This document shows, piece after piece, positions 24,825 to 35,257 of a stretch of 38,398 nucleotides of DNA. The notes under the pieces are model-generated. The model did no database searches and had not been told where the DNA came from. It worked only from the letters and a program-made list of their open reading frames with translations. The stretch covers positions 1 through 38,398 of the forward strand of contig JBKJZM010000167.1 in NCBI GenBank assembly GCA_046715295.1, given 5' to 3'. Position numbers and translations under genes: made by a program. The stretch comes from Gemmatimonadales bacterium (GTDB taxonomy: Bacteria; Gemmatimonadota; Gemmatimonadetes; Gemmatimonadales; GWC2-71-9). Each line of letters opens with the position of its first letter. Position 1 is the stretch's first letter.

Positions 24825-25552
24825 ATGACAAATAGCCCGTACCGGACGATGGACGACCACAAGCGTCCAACCGAAGACGAGACCCTTCTCGAGGGGCCGC
24901 AGCCGAGGTCACGCCACGATAAAGAACAGCTCCTGGTCTCCGATCCCTGGCGCGTGCTTCGGATCATGGGGGAGTTCGTCTGGGGATTCGACAACCTGGC
25001 GGACGTCCGGGACGGGGTCTCGATCTTCGGCTCGGCTCGCACCAAGCCCGATGACCCCCACTACGCCGCCGCCGTCGAGACCGCACGGCTTCTGGCACAG
25101 GCCGGCATCCCGGTGATCACGGGTGGGGGCCCGGGCATCATGGAGGCCGCCAACCGGGGAGCGCTGGACGGGGGTGGCCTCTCGATCGGCTGCAACATCG
25201 AGCTGCCCTTCGAGCAGGGCTCAAACACCTATCTCACCCGCAGCCTCAACTTCAAGTTTTTCTTCGTGCGCAAGACCATGTTCGTTAAGTACGCCACCGC
25301 CTTCATCGTGTTTCCCGGCGGGTATGGAACGCTCGACGAGCTATTCGAGGCGCTCACGCTCATTCAGACCGGAAAGGTCAAGGATTTTCCGGTGATTCTG
25401 TTTGGCCGGGAGTATTGGAAGGGTCTGACCGAATGGCTCAGCAAGACGGTCGCGGCGGAGGGGAAAGTCGACGCCAGGGATCTCGTGTTGTTCAAGGTCA
25501 CCGATGACCCTGTCGAGGCCACCCGCCTCGTGATCCAGGCACGGGAGAGGCG

Positions 25553-25556
<4 letters not shown>
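24825..25556 (+). CDS. LOG family / TIGR00730 Rossmann-fold nucleotide N-ribohydrolase-like protein
   Basis: [14 protein letters not shown] and [12 protein letters not shown] motifs. ~60-aa N-terminal extension. Confidence 0.9.
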
Positions 25557-26746
<1,190 letters not shown>

Positions 26747-26796
26747 AGTCTAAAGTATGGTGTTCGGTCACCCGGTCACTAGACTCTAAACCTCTT

Positions 26797-27141
26797 TCAT
26801 CTCGCATTCTTATACATCAACTCCATCAGCTCCTCGTACATCGCCTCCGCCTTCTCCGGATCCCCCGAGCTGATCGCCTCCGTGGCGCAGTGCTTGAGGT
26901 GACTGTGCAGCATAGCCCTGCCGGCACCGCGTAGCGCTTCCTGAACCGAAGACAGCTGCATCAGCACGTCGGCGCAGTAGCGCTCATCCTCGATCATCTT
27001 CTGAACTCCACGCACCTGCCCCTCGATCCGCTTGAGCCGGCTCAGGATCGCGTGCTTGGCCTCCGGATCAACGGACGTGGTGTGCGTCCCGTCTTCCGAG
27101 CGGCCACTGCAGGCACAAGGGGAGGTGGTTTCGGGCGACAT
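26797..27141 (-). CDS. csoR: CsoR-family copper-sensing transcriptional repressor
   Basis: DUF156 core RLKRIEGQVRGVQKMIEDERYCADVLMQL...HSHLKHC with the x-C-H-C Cu(I) ligand fingerprint. Last gene of the cop operon. Confidence 0.9.
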   Translation of the reverse strand: MSPETTSPCACSGRSEDGTHTTSVDPEAKHAILSRLKRIEGQVRGVQKMIEDERYCADVLMQLSSVQEALRGAGRAMLHSHLKHCATEAISSGDPEKAEAMYEELMELMYKNAR

Positions 27142-27151
27142 GGGGTACTCC

Positions 27152-29500
27152 TTAGTTGAACTGCGTGTTCACGCTGTACCTGCGAAGTCGCAGGCTATTC
27201 GACACTACGCTGACCGAGCTGGCCGCCATCGCCGCCGCCGCCACGGCCGGAGTGAGCAGCAGGCCCAAGGCTGGATAGAGCGCACCGGCCGCGATCGGGA
27301 TGCCGATGACGTTGTAGAAGAAGGCCCAGAACAGATTTTGGCGAATGACCCGCATGGTCCGGCGCGACAATGCGATGGCATCTACCACTCCCAGCAGATC
27401 GCTCCGCATGAGGACGATGTCCGCGGCCTCCACCGCCACGTCCACTCCCGTCCCCATTGCGATACCGATATCCGCCTGCGCCAGCGCCGGCGCGTCGTTC
27501 AATCCGTCACCCACCACGGCGACCGCCTTGCCCTGAGCCTGAATCCGCCGGACCTCCTCCAACTTTTGCCCCGGCAACACGCCAGCGATCACCCGCTCGA
27601 CGCCGACCGCCTGCCCCACCGCCTCGGCGGTCCGGCGATTGTCGCCGGTGAGCAGGACGATGTCCAATCCCAGGCGCTCGAGCCGGGCAATCGCCTCCCG
27701 GCTGGTGGGCCGGATCGGGTCGGCCACGGCGATCAGGGCGGCGGCCCGGCCGTCTACCGCCACGTAGACCGTGGTCTGCCCCTCGGCCGCGAGCGCATCC
27801 GCGCGAGAGCCCAGGGGTGCCGGATCAACGCCGAGCTCGTGCATCAGTGCCGCATTCCCCACCGCCACCCGCCGGCCGTGGACCATGCCGAGCACGCCCT
27901 TCCCGGTCAGGGTCTCGAACTCGACGACGTCCTCGAGCGGGAGGTTGAGTCGGGCCGCTTCCGTCACGATCGCTTCGCCCAATGGGTGCTCGCTCAGCCG
28001 CTCGACCGAAGCTGCGAGCTGAAGCGCGCGCGTCTCATCGAGGTCGGACCCATCTCCGCTTGCGAGCTGCACCGAGCGGACCGCCGGACGACCTTCGGTT
28101 ATCGTTCCGGTCTTGTCGAGGACGACCACGTCGATGCGACCGGTACGCTCCAGCACCTCGCCTCGCTTGATCAGCACGCCCAGCTCGGCCCCGCGGCCGG
28201 TCGAGACCATGACGGCCGTCGGCACCGCCAGACCCATGGCACAGGGGCAGGCGATAATCAGGACGGTCACGGCAGCCACCAGCCCGCGGAGGTAGGCGGG
28301 CGAAGGACCGAAATAGAACCAGACCACGAAGGTGGCAATCGCGATCGAGATCACGATTGGAACAAAGACCGACGAGATCCGATCGGCGAGCCGCTGGATC
28401 GGCGCCTTGGAGCCTTGAGCCTCCTGCACCAGTCGAATGATCTGGGAGAGGACGGTGTCCTGCCCCACCCGGGCAACCCGGAAATGAAACGCCCCGTTCC
28501 GGTTGAGCGTGGCGCCGATGACCCGATCGCCGGGACCCCGAGCCACCGGCACCGGCTCGCCGGTGAGCATCGACTCGTCTACATAGCTGGTGCCTTCGAG
28601 AATCACTCCGTCGGCGGGAATCTTTTCACCCGGGCGCACCACGACTTCATCGCCCTCTCGGAGCTGGTCCAGCGAGATCTCCGTCTCCGCGCCGTCGCGG
28701 AGGACGCGTGCGGTGGAAGGCCGAAGGCCGATGAGGCGGCGGAGCGCTCCCGAAGTCCGCCCCTTGGCTCGAGCCTCCAACAGATTTCCCAGCAGAACCA
28801 GCGCAATGATCCAGGTGACGGCCTCGTAATAGACCTGCGGCTCGACTCCGCGGGCCGAGAGCCAGTCGTCCGCCAGCGTAACCCCCAGGCTGAAGAGAAA
28901 CGCGGCTCCGGTTCCGATGGCGATCAGGGTATTCATGTCCGCACTGCGGTGGCGGAATGCGGACCACGCGCGAGTGTAGAAATGCCGTCCGGCCCACCCA
29001 ACCACCGGCAGCGTGAGCGCCAGCAGCAGGTAGCGCCAGGTATCGGCGGAGACTCGATCGATTCCGGGCGCCAGCTGCCGCATCCCTCCCACCAGCGGCA
29101 TCATGAGCCGCATGAGCGGATCCGACATCGAGCCCGGCACGAGGGCGGCGAGGGGCATGCTGAGGAGCATGGTGAGCACCGCCGCCCCGATACTCACGGC
29201 GACTTTGCGGCGAAGATCTGCGATCTCCTCCTCACGGACGTGGTCCTGGGTCTTGAGCAGCCGTTCGGCGGACTCGCCTTCCCGAGGGAGGTCCGCTCCA
29301 TAGCCGGTTGCGCGAATCGCATCGACCAGTCGCTCAGGACTGGTCGCGACCGAGTCGAAGTCGACGGTAGCCGAGCCCGTCATCAGATTGACACTCGCCG
29401 AGCTCACACCCCGGGTCCGCTCCAGGGTGCGCTGCACCCTGGCGCTGCAGGCAGCGCAGGTCATGCCCGAAACCGGAATCGTCGCAGAGTCAGTAGTCAT
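27152..29500 (-). CDS. copA: copper-translocating P1B-type ATPase
   Basis: One N-terminal HMA domain ([11 protein letters not shown]), TGEP, the CPC transmembrane metal site (CPCAMGLA), DKTGTIT phosphorylation site and [10 protein letters not shown] hinge. Confidence 0.95.
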   Translation of the reverse strand: MTTDSATIPVSGMTCAACSARVQRTLERTRGVSSASVNLMTGSATVDFDSVATSPERLVDAIRATGYGADLPREGESAERLLKTQDHVREEEIADLRRKVAVSIGAAVLTMLLSMPLAALVPGSMSDPLMRLMMPLVGGMRQLAPGIDRVSADTWRYLLLALTLPVVGWAGRHFYTRAWSAFRHRSADMNTLIAIGTGAAFLFSLGVTLADDWLSARGVEPQVYYEAVTWIIALVLLGNLLEARAKGRTSGALRRLIGLRPSTARVLRDGAETEISLDQLREGDEVVVRPGEKIPADGVILEGTSYVDESMLTGEPVPVARGPGDRVIGATLNRNGAFHFRVARVGQDTVLSQIIRLVQEAQGSKAPIQRLADRISSVFVPIVISIAIATFVVWFYFGPSPAYLRGLVAAVTVLIIACPCAMGLAVPTAVMVSTGRGAELGVLIKRGEVLERTGRIDVVVLDKTGTITEGRPAVRSVQLASGDGSDLDETRALQLAASVERLSEHPLGEAIVTEAARLNLPLEDVVEFETLTGKGVLGMVHGRRVAVGNAALMHELGVDPAPLGSRADALAAEGQTTVYVAVDGRAAALIAVADPIRPTSREAIARLERLGLDIVLLTGDNRRTAEAVGQAVGVERVIAGVLPGQKLEEVRRIQAQGKAVAVVGDGLNDAPALAQADIGIAMGTGVDVAVEAADIVLMRSDLLGVVDAIALSRRTMRVIRQNLFWAFFYNVIGIPIAAGALYPALGLLLTPAVAAAAMAASSVSVVSNSLRLRRYSVNTQFN

Positions 29501-29733
29501 GCCAACTCGGCCCCGCCATCGTTGGGCGATGCGGCCGTAGCGGTGTATCCCGCGTCGGCAATCAGGCTTTCGATTGCCGCCGGGTCGGTGATCTGCTCGT
29601 CATAGTTCACAACTGCCCGTCCCATGCGAAGGGATTCGAGCTGAACGCCCGGCTTCGATGCCAGGGCCTCGTTGACGGCGTGCAAGCAGTGCCCGCAGCT
29701 CATGCCGGTGATGTGAAGAGTGATTTGCCGCAT
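29497..29733 (-). CDS. copZ: copper chaperone CopZ (HMA domain)
   Basis: 78 aa with the GMSCGHC metal-binding loop. 4-nt overlap with the copA start. Confidence 0.9.
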   Translation of the reverse strand: MRQITLHITGMSCGHCLHAVNEALASKPGVQLESLRMGRAVVNYDEQITDPAAIESLIADAGYTATAASPNDGGAELA

Positions 29734-29764
29734 GGAAAGCTTTTCCCTTTACTGTTCCGCCAGC

Positions 29765-29794
29765 ATCATAGTATAGGGGGTGGGGGTATGTCAA
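29765..29794 (-). promoter_or_regulatory. sigma70-type promoter (TTGACA-18 nt-TATGAT) with a C-tract candidate CsoR operator in the spacer
   Basis: On the minus strand, TTGACA is the complement of 29789..29794 and TATGAT the complement of 29765..29770. The spacer reads TACCCCCACCCCCTATAC. The -10 element ends 31 nt upstream of the copZ ATG (29733). Confidence 0.5.
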
Positions 29795-29968
29795 GTGCTT
29801 GGGTCCTATTGCGCTGCGGTGGCAGCAGCCTGCAAGAGACGCGGGCAGGACGCCACCGATGCTGCGCTTCGCTGCCGCAGGAGGGCCGGGCAGTCTTCGC
29901 AAGTTCCTAGCGCGACACCACTTGCGGGGTATGCCTGATGGGCATACCTCATGCCTTAACCGCACGAT

Positions 29969-31624
29969 ATGGACCTAGGGGCATCGGCTGAAACGGCGGA
30001 CGAACCACTCTCGATACTCGGGAGTGAGCCACTCGTTCCCATCCTTCAAGCCGATGAAGGGCAGGTCGATCCCGCAGCACTCGCCACCTGGCACCAGGCC
30101 TTATCCAACACTGCCGCTGTCGAAGTACCGCATGATCTGATGGGTTTGTGGCTCTACCCATCACAGGGCGGGATCGTGTTGCTGGGTCCTGCGGAACTCG
30201 CCGAGGATGATCTCGCGGTTCCGCTTCCTTCGCCCCATCTCAAGCCCGAGCAGCTCGCACTGGTGGAGGAGATCGTTCTTGACGCGGGGTACGGATCGGC
30301 CACCTGCCTTCCGATCCGCTTTGGAAAGCGGGACGTTGCACTGCTGTTGGTCGCCGATCTCAGGCCGGGGCGGTATGGGCCGGCCGAGCGAGTGGTACTG
30401 CAGTGCGTCGCCCAGCGGATCGCTCCGATGCTGGGGAGAATCGCGCGGCAGTGGACGCCGGTGGAGAGCACGTCCTCCCGGCAGCAGGAGCGAATCGCCG
30501 GGTTGCTTGAAGCGGTAGCGCAAGCTAATCGCGATGCCGGCACTCCGCAGCGGTTTCTGGCTGGCGTGGCTCGCGGGCTGGCCCCGTTACTGCCGCACGA
30601 TCACGTCGAGCTGCTGGTACCGGACGCAACCGGAGACCAGTACCTCCGACTCGGCGATCATGCCGGCGGGCCGCTCTGGACCGATCCGTCGCTCATCATC
30701 AGTCGGGAACACCTCGACATCGCTGGCATCTTCGACTCCGACACCCGGCTGCTGGTGTCCGATACCTACGAGGATGCTCGCTGGCCCCGGGGTTTTCTCA
30801 CGGCCTCGGAATCGAATGGAGCCGATGTGCGCTCCATCGTGGGGGCGCGGATGGGAATGGGAGGCCCGGCGCTGGCGTACCTCCTGGTCGGCAGTATCGG
30901 CCCCGAGCTCTACGGCGCGGACGATCTCGAGTTGCTGGTGCTGCTGGCCGGGTTGATCGCGCCGCAGGTGGCGGGTTTCCTCCGGCGGGCTGAACCGCCG
31001 AAGCCCGCCGACCCCCTGCAAGCCAAGCCGTTCGACCCCGCTCAGGACAGGCGGGCCGCACCAACGCCGGTGAGTCTTCCCCCCGCCCGCGATGGGTCGG
31101 CGGAGGCGGTCTTCCGCATTGCCAGCCTGTTGGCCACCACTTCGGATCCGGCAGCCGCCACCCGCCTGATCGCCGAAGAGGGCGCGAAACTCCTGCCCTT
31201 CGACAAATTGACTTTCGCGCTCCGGCTCATCGAGGGCGACCGGGTCATCCTGGTGCAGCCGGGCGAGCGGCGCGCGCTCCTCACCCTTCCATCGGTACCC
31301 GTCACCGGCACGGCGCTGGCCCGCGTGTTACAGGGTCAAGCGCCGCACGTCTTCGCCCAGGCTCAGGGAGAGAGCCGGTTGCTGGTACCCTTGCGGGTTG
31401 CGGGGACAGTGCCCGGCGTGCTGATCTTCAGCGCGGCGGCGGCCGCCGGTCTGGCGGAGTCGCACCTCGATGCCGCCCAGCGGCTGGCCGACATCGTTGC
31501 CGCCCACCTCGAGCTGGTTCGCCGTAGTGCCGCCGCTAAAAGTCACCCGGCCCAGCTCGATACTGGACGCAAGGCTTTACGAGCATTGCCCGCTACCCCA
31601 CCGCGGTCCGGGGTGCGAGAGTAG
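29969..31624 (+). CDS. multi-GAF-like domain protein without recognisable output domain
   Basis: 551 aa. Three successive ~130-160-aa segments have a GAF-like beta/alpha pattern (e.g. LLPHDHVELLVPDATGDQYLRLG...ALAYLLVGS...DLELLVLLAGLIAPQV; LLPFDKLTFALRLIEGDRVILV...PGVLIFSAA...). No kinase, cyclase or HTH motif seen. Confidence 0.6.
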   Translation: MDLGASAETADEPLSILGSEPLVPILQADEGQVDPAALATWHQALSNTAAVEVPHDLMGLWLYPSQGGIVLLGPAELAEDDLAVPLPSPHLKPEQLALVEEIVLDAGYGSATCLPIRFGKRDVALLLVADLRPGRYGPAERVVLQCVAQRIAPMLGRIARQWTPVESTSSRQQERIAGLLEAVAQANRDAGTPQRFLAGVARGLAPLLPHDHVELLVPDATGDQYLRLGDHAGGPLWTDPSLIISREHLDIAGIFDSDTRLLVSDTYEDARWPRGFLTASESNGADVRSIVGARMGMGGPALAYLLVGSIGPELYGADDLELLVLLAGLIAPQVAGFLRRAEPPKPADPLQAKPFDPAQDRRAAPTPVSLPPARDGSAEAVFRIASLLATTSDPAAATRLIAEEGAKLLPFDKLTFALRLIEGDRVILVQPGERRALLTLPSVPVTGTALARVLQGQAPHVFAQAQGESRLLVPLRVAGTVPGVLIFSAAAAAGLAESHLDAAQRLADIVAAHLELVRRSAAAKSHPAQLDTGRKALRALPATPPRSGVRE

Positions 31625-32444
31625 AGGCACGCCGCCCCACTGCCCTCCGCAGCAGATAGGCTCCCAGCAACACCAATCCGAACATGCAGACCATGACCGG
31701 GCCGGTGGGCAGATCGTAGTGGAAGGACACCCACAGCCCCAGAGCCGAAGCGACGGTGCCGGCCAGCCAGGAGATTGCGGCCAGGGTGCCGTGACGCCTG
31801 GTAAACTGGAACGCGATCGCCGCCGGCACGACCAGGAAGGAAAATACCAGCAGGACTCCCGCGATCGGAACCGAGAAGGTGATCACAATGCCGAACGAGA
31901 GATAGAACCAGAAGTCCCACCACCGGATCCGCCAGCCTCTCGTGATGGCGGTCTCGGGCTCGAACGAGATCGTCAGGAAGCGCTTTCGCAAGACCCAGTG
32001 GAAGATCCCGACGAGGGCATAGATGGCCGCCAGTCGGATGATCGTCGGCCAGGTGACCCACAAGAGGCTCCCCACCAGAATGTCCTTGATCGCCTCCCCG
32101 CCTCGGGGCGTGCGATCCGCCACCAGGATCGCCGCGGCGGAAGCCATGACGAACACAACGCCGATGATGGCTTCCTGTGGCACCGGTCCCTTCTCGGTGC
32201 TGCGGGTGAGGGCAAACAGGGCCGCCCCGATGGTGGTAAAGCCGAGCGCGTAGAGAAACGATCCGGGTGAATCCGGCTGACTGCCCGCCAGGATGGCCAC
32301 GGTAGAGCCAAGAGCCGCCATCTGGGCTAGTGAAAGGTCGACGAAAATCACTTCGCGGGCGATCACGTGCAGCCCGAGATACGAATGGATCGACACCAGC
32401 ACCAGGCACGCCACCAATGGCGGCAGAAAGAGGCTCAGGTCCAT
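31593..32444 (-). CDS. metal ABC transporter permease (ABC-3 family, ZnuB/MntB/TroC-like)
   Basis: 283 aa, polytopic, with a family-like layout (DLSLAQMAALGS, IIGVVFV). ATG overlaps the SBP stop by 1 nt (TAATG at 32444). Confidence 0.8.
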   Translation of the reverse strand: MDLSLFLPPLVACLVLVSIHSYLGLHVIAREVIFVDLSLAQMAALGSTVAILAGSQPDSPGSFLYALGFTTIGAALFALTRSTEKGPVPQEAIIGVVFVMASAAAILVADRTPRGGEAIKDILVGSLLWVTWPTIIRLAAIYALVGIFHWVLRKRFLTISFEPETAITRGWRIRWWDFWFYLSFGIVITFSVPIAGVLLVFSFLVVPAAIAFQFTRRHGTLAAISWLAGTVASALGLWVSFHYDLPTGPVMVCMFGLVLLGAYLLRRAVGRRASTLAPRTAVG

Positions 32445-33511
32445 TACGGCGCTCCAGTCTTCGTCGTCACATCGCGGAATCCAGCCGCAAGGCTGCTCAC
32501 CCAGGTGTTGACCAGGTCGAAGTAGGTATCCACCCCCGGAGCGCCGGCGGTGTTCTCCGGCACGATGACGGCCTTGGCCCCGGTTCGCTCGGCCACCCGC
32601 TGGATCTGCTTGCGGTCGAAATAGTTGGAGGCGAAGAGCACGGGCACCTTGCGTTGCCGCATCAGCTGGATCACCTCCTGAACGTGTTTAGGCGTCGGCG
32701 GGATGCCCGGCTTGGCCTCGATGAAGGTGATGCATTCGATCCTGAACCGGCGGCTGAAGTAGGCCCATTCCTTGTGATAGCAGGCCATCTCCTTGCCCCG
32801 AAAGACCTCACCCTGCTTGAGCCAGCCACCCAGCTGGTCGGAAAGCGGCTTGCCCTGGTACTTCTGCCGGCCCAGGAAGTCCTGGAGCTTGTCGGTGCGC
32901 AGCAGCTCGAAGGCGGTGGCAGGAGTGAGGGCCGCCACCAGCGCCGGCCCCATGGTGGCATCGAGTACCTGGCTCTCGAAGGCCTTCTCCCGGCTCGCGA
33001 ACACGGCCGAGTTTTCGGGTGAGACCCGCTGGAGGCCGGCCAGTATGTTGCGCGCGATGAAAATGCCATTCAGCGGATCGGTGTGAATGTGAGGATTCCC
33101 TTCCACATGGATGTCGCCGCCGGCGCGGCTTAACGAGGTGGGAACCTCGAGCAGATCGATGCCGCGATAGGCGGCGACATAGCCGGGGCCGCCTTCAATG
33201 ATCTTCCGGTTGCCGGCGCGGTCTAGGAGGGCGGGCACCCAGAGCTCGAGGTCGAGCCCGGTGGTGACGAACAGGTCGGCGTCGCGCAGGATCTTCACGA
33301 AGCTGGGCTTCGGCTGCACGAAGTGGGGGTCCTCGTCTCCCTGGGCGATCGAGGTCACCGTGCCCCGGTCGCCCACGATCTCGCGAGCGATGGCGCCGTA
33401 GGTGGTCAGGCTGGTGACTATGCGAAGCGGCGGGGCCGCGGGGCCGCGGGGCAGCGTGGCAGCAGGTTGTCCAATGAGACCTGCAAGAAGGAGCAGTGAT
33501 GTGAACATCAT
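32444..33511 (-). CDS. metal ABC transporter substrate-binding protein (TroA/ZnuA cluster-9 type)
   Basis: Signal peptide, then DEDPHFVQPKPS, NPHIHTDPLN and CYHKEWAYF, which are segments typical of ZnuA/TroA-like binding proteins. Confidence 0.8.
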   Translation of the reverse strand: MMFTSLLLLAGLIGQPAATLPRGPAAPPLRIVTSLTTYGAIAREIVGDRGTVTSIAQGDEDPHFVQPKPSFVKILRDADLFVTTGLDLELWVPALLDRAGNRKIIEGGPGYVAAYRGIDLLEVPTSLSRAGGDIHVEGNPHIHTDPLNGIFIARNILAGLQRVSPENSAVFASREKAFESQVLDATMGPALVAALTPATAFELLRTDKLQDFLGRQKYQGKPLSDQLGGWLKQGEVFRGKEMACYHKEWAYFSRRFRIECITFIEAKPGIPPTPKHVQEVIQLMRQRKVPVLFASNYFDRKQIQRVAERTGAKAVIVPENTAGAPGVDTYFDLVNTWVSSLAAGFRDVTTKTGAP

Positions 33512-33586
33512 GAGTGTATTCCTTCAATCGTTCGGTTAGGTGTCGCTGTTGGCCGCCCCGCCGCCCCGCCCACCGCTGCCCCGCCC

Positions 33587-34822
33587 TCAATACGTCTCGT
33601 GTTTGTGCGGCCCCTTGGCCCAGACCGCCTGGAGCTTGAGGAGGTTTCGGCTGCCCTCGATATCCGCGTTGCGATGCTCGCCCTCCAGCCGGAGATACAC
33701 GAACTCGCTCTGCCACCAGGTGATGCTGGGGACGATCCGCCATTCGGTGTCCGCCAGCCCGCGGGGCGCCTCGACGTAATCGTATCGCGCGCCGAAGACC
33801 CAGCGGCGGCTGGTACGCGCCTGAAGGTCCAGAAACGTTCCGTACCGATTGGTGGTCGTGCCCAGGTCGTCGGCGTGCAGGCGGTATCCCTCGGCCCGAA
33901 ACGTGATGTCCCGGCGGGTTCCCGCTTCCGGGGGCCGATAGGTTACGCGGAAGTCGAGACCGACCACCCGGCTTCGGAGGTCGGCGCCGTCATTGTTTCC
34001 GCCCAGCCCGGTGACGCCGATCTGGGCGTACGTAGTACGGCTCAGCTGCCAGAAATTCTGCAGTCGCCCGAGGAACAGCAGGCGGCCGCCCCCGGCCAGG
34101 AGTGGGTCGCTCTCGGCGGTGGTGCCCTGCAGCCAGACCTCGTGCGTGGCCCCGCCGAGCGAGAATGGAAGAGTGGTGTAGAGGGAGAGGCCGACGCCCG
34201 CGAGCCCTTCCTCGGAGAGGAAGCGCTGGTAAACCAGCGGGTACTCGGTTTCCGGGAGGGCGTGACTGTGCCAGCGATTGAGGTCGCCGACCTGCTGACG
34301 GAACTTGCCCAAATCGAGCCTCAGGCGGCCGGGAAGCCCGGTCCAGTAGATGTATCCCTCTTCGATGCTCACACCCTCTTCCTCGGCGGCCAGGAAGATC
34401 TTGGTGTTGGAGTAGGGGTCGAGCGCCGATTGAAAGGCGAACTCGAACTCGCGCGCCACCGCGTTGACGCCCGGGTTTCCCTCCTGGGCCACGAGGTGCA
34501 CGTCTCCGGTAGCGCTGATCTCAGGGTTGAGGAGGTTAGCCCCCCGGGGCGCGCCGGCCGGTTTCGCCGGCGTCTCGCCGGCCGGCGGCACTGTGTCCCC
34601 GGTCCCTCCGGCCGCCTCGGCCGCAGCCGCTCGGAGCGCGGCAAGGTCGTCGGTCGAGTCCGCTGGGTTGAGGAGCGCCTCGAGCGAGTCGATCCTGGCG
34701 GAAAGCGCGCCCACACTGCGGCGCAGCGAGTCCAGTGACGCGGGAGTCTGTCCCCAAACACGGGATGCTGCTCCCAGCCAGCAGACGGCCACGAGAATGG
34801 CCGTGCGAGCACGGAAGTTCAT
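33587..34822 (-). CDS. putative outer-membrane beta-barrel (porin-like) protein with N-terminal coiled coil
   Basis: Signal peptide MNFRARTAILVAVCWLGAASRVWG, a coiled-coil stretch, alternating amphipathic beta-strand pattern, and a C-terminal aromatic residue (..HKHETY). GGAGG Shine-Dalgarno 6 nt before the ATG. Confidence 0.65.
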   Translation of the reverse strand: MNFRARTAILVAVCWLGAASRVWGQTPASLDSLRRSVGALSARIDSLEALLNPADSTDDLAALRAAAAEAAGGTGDTVPPAGETPAKPAGAPRGANLLNPEISATGDVHLVAQEGNPGVNAVAREFEFAFQSALDPYSNTKIFLAAEEEGVSIEEGYIYWTGLPGRLRLDLGKFRQQVGDLNRWHSHALPETEYPLVYQRFLSEEGLAGVGLSLYTTLPFSLGGATHEVWLQGTTAESDPLLAGGGRLLFLGRLQNFWQLSRTTYAQIGVTGLGGNNDGADLRSRVVGLDFRVTYRPPEAGTRRDITFRAEGYRLHADDLGTTTNRYGTFLDLQARTSRRWVFGARYDYVEAPRGLADTEWRIVPSITWWQSEFVYLRLEGEHRNADIEGSRNLLKLQAVWAKGPHKHETY

Positions 34823-34867
34823 GTAGTCCTCCGATCGTGTGAGTGTCGCGCCGCGGGGCGCGGCGGA

Positions 34868-35257
34868 TCAGACGGATCGGAAGGGGGGCGGGGCTCTGGA
34901 TTGGGGTAGTGCGCTCTGGTCGGTGCAGGCCGGCTCAACGTGCCGGGCGCACCGGTGGGTGGGGCTGGAAACCGGCAGGAGCCGGGTGACACCGCTCAGG
35001 GTGGCCACTGCCCCCGAGCCGGACGCGGTACGGCCCAGACTACAGTGATCCGAGTGGGCAAGACATCCGCCCGCGGGCTCCACGTGGGACTGAGACCGGT
35101 CGAGCTCGGTAGCGCCGTGGTGGTACACCAGGGCATCCAGGCTGGGCAGGCTGGTGCCGGCGGACAGGAAGACTGCCAGGAGGAGGAACGCCTTGGCCTG
35201 GCGGAGGAGCGGCCGCCAGGGGGAGACCGAGCGATGCATGGACTGGAGTATACTCAT
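34868..35257 (-). CDS. hypothetical secreted/membrane-anchored His- and Cys-rich protein (putative metal-binding)
   Basis: 129 aa with G/C-rich third positions. N-terminal hydrophobic anchor AFLLLAVFLSAG. Motifs YHH, C-X2-H-X2-H-C (CLAHSDHC) and HRCARHVEPAC. ATGA overlap with the kinase stop. Confidence 0.6.
   Translation of the reverse strand: MSILQSMHRSVSPWRPLLRQAKAFLLLAVFLSAGTSLPSLDALVYHHGATELDRSQSHVEPAGGCLAHSDHCSLGRTASGSGAVATLSGVTRLLPVSSPTHRCARHVEPACTDQSALPQSRAPPPFRSV

Noticed and set aside
24518-25045. 176-aa N-terminal extension of the ndh ORF (the track gives 602 aa)
   Set aside because: The NDH-2 dinucleotide fold begins at MKPHVLILGGGFAG (ATG 24517). The extension would run through the divergent LOG gene start and overlaps a better small ORF in another frame that is stop/start coupled to ATG 24517.
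26747-26796. Bidirectional Rho-independent terminator between the DHS-like gene and csoR
   Set aside because: Only short, AT-rich or interrupted stems are present (AGTCTA/TAGACT, GGTG/CACC), with no flanking T/A runs. That is not convincing as an intrinsic terminator.
27032-29605. 857-aa ORF on the plus strand, the longest ORF in the window
   Set aside because: It is exactly antisense to copA, whose P-type ATPase motifs ([16 protein letters not shown]) are unambiguous. The plus-strand product is low-complexity Arg/Gly/His/Asp-rich with no motif. This is a typical mirror-frame artefact of GC-rich coding DNA.
29788-29910. 41-codon Cys-rich ORF (MSSAWVLLRCGGSS...) in the cop / GAF intergenic region
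   Set aside because: It overlaps the predicted copZ promoter on the opposite strand, has no Shine-Dalgarno sequence and mixed third-position composition. The region is better explained by paired RNA/DNA segments. Kept only as a remote possibility.
33599-34738. 379-aa plus-strand ORF
   Set aside because: It is antisense to the outer-membrane barrel gene. The minus-strand frame has a signal peptide, a Shine-Dalgarno sequence and a C-terminal aromatic residue, while the plus-strand frame has none of the hallmarks of a real protein.
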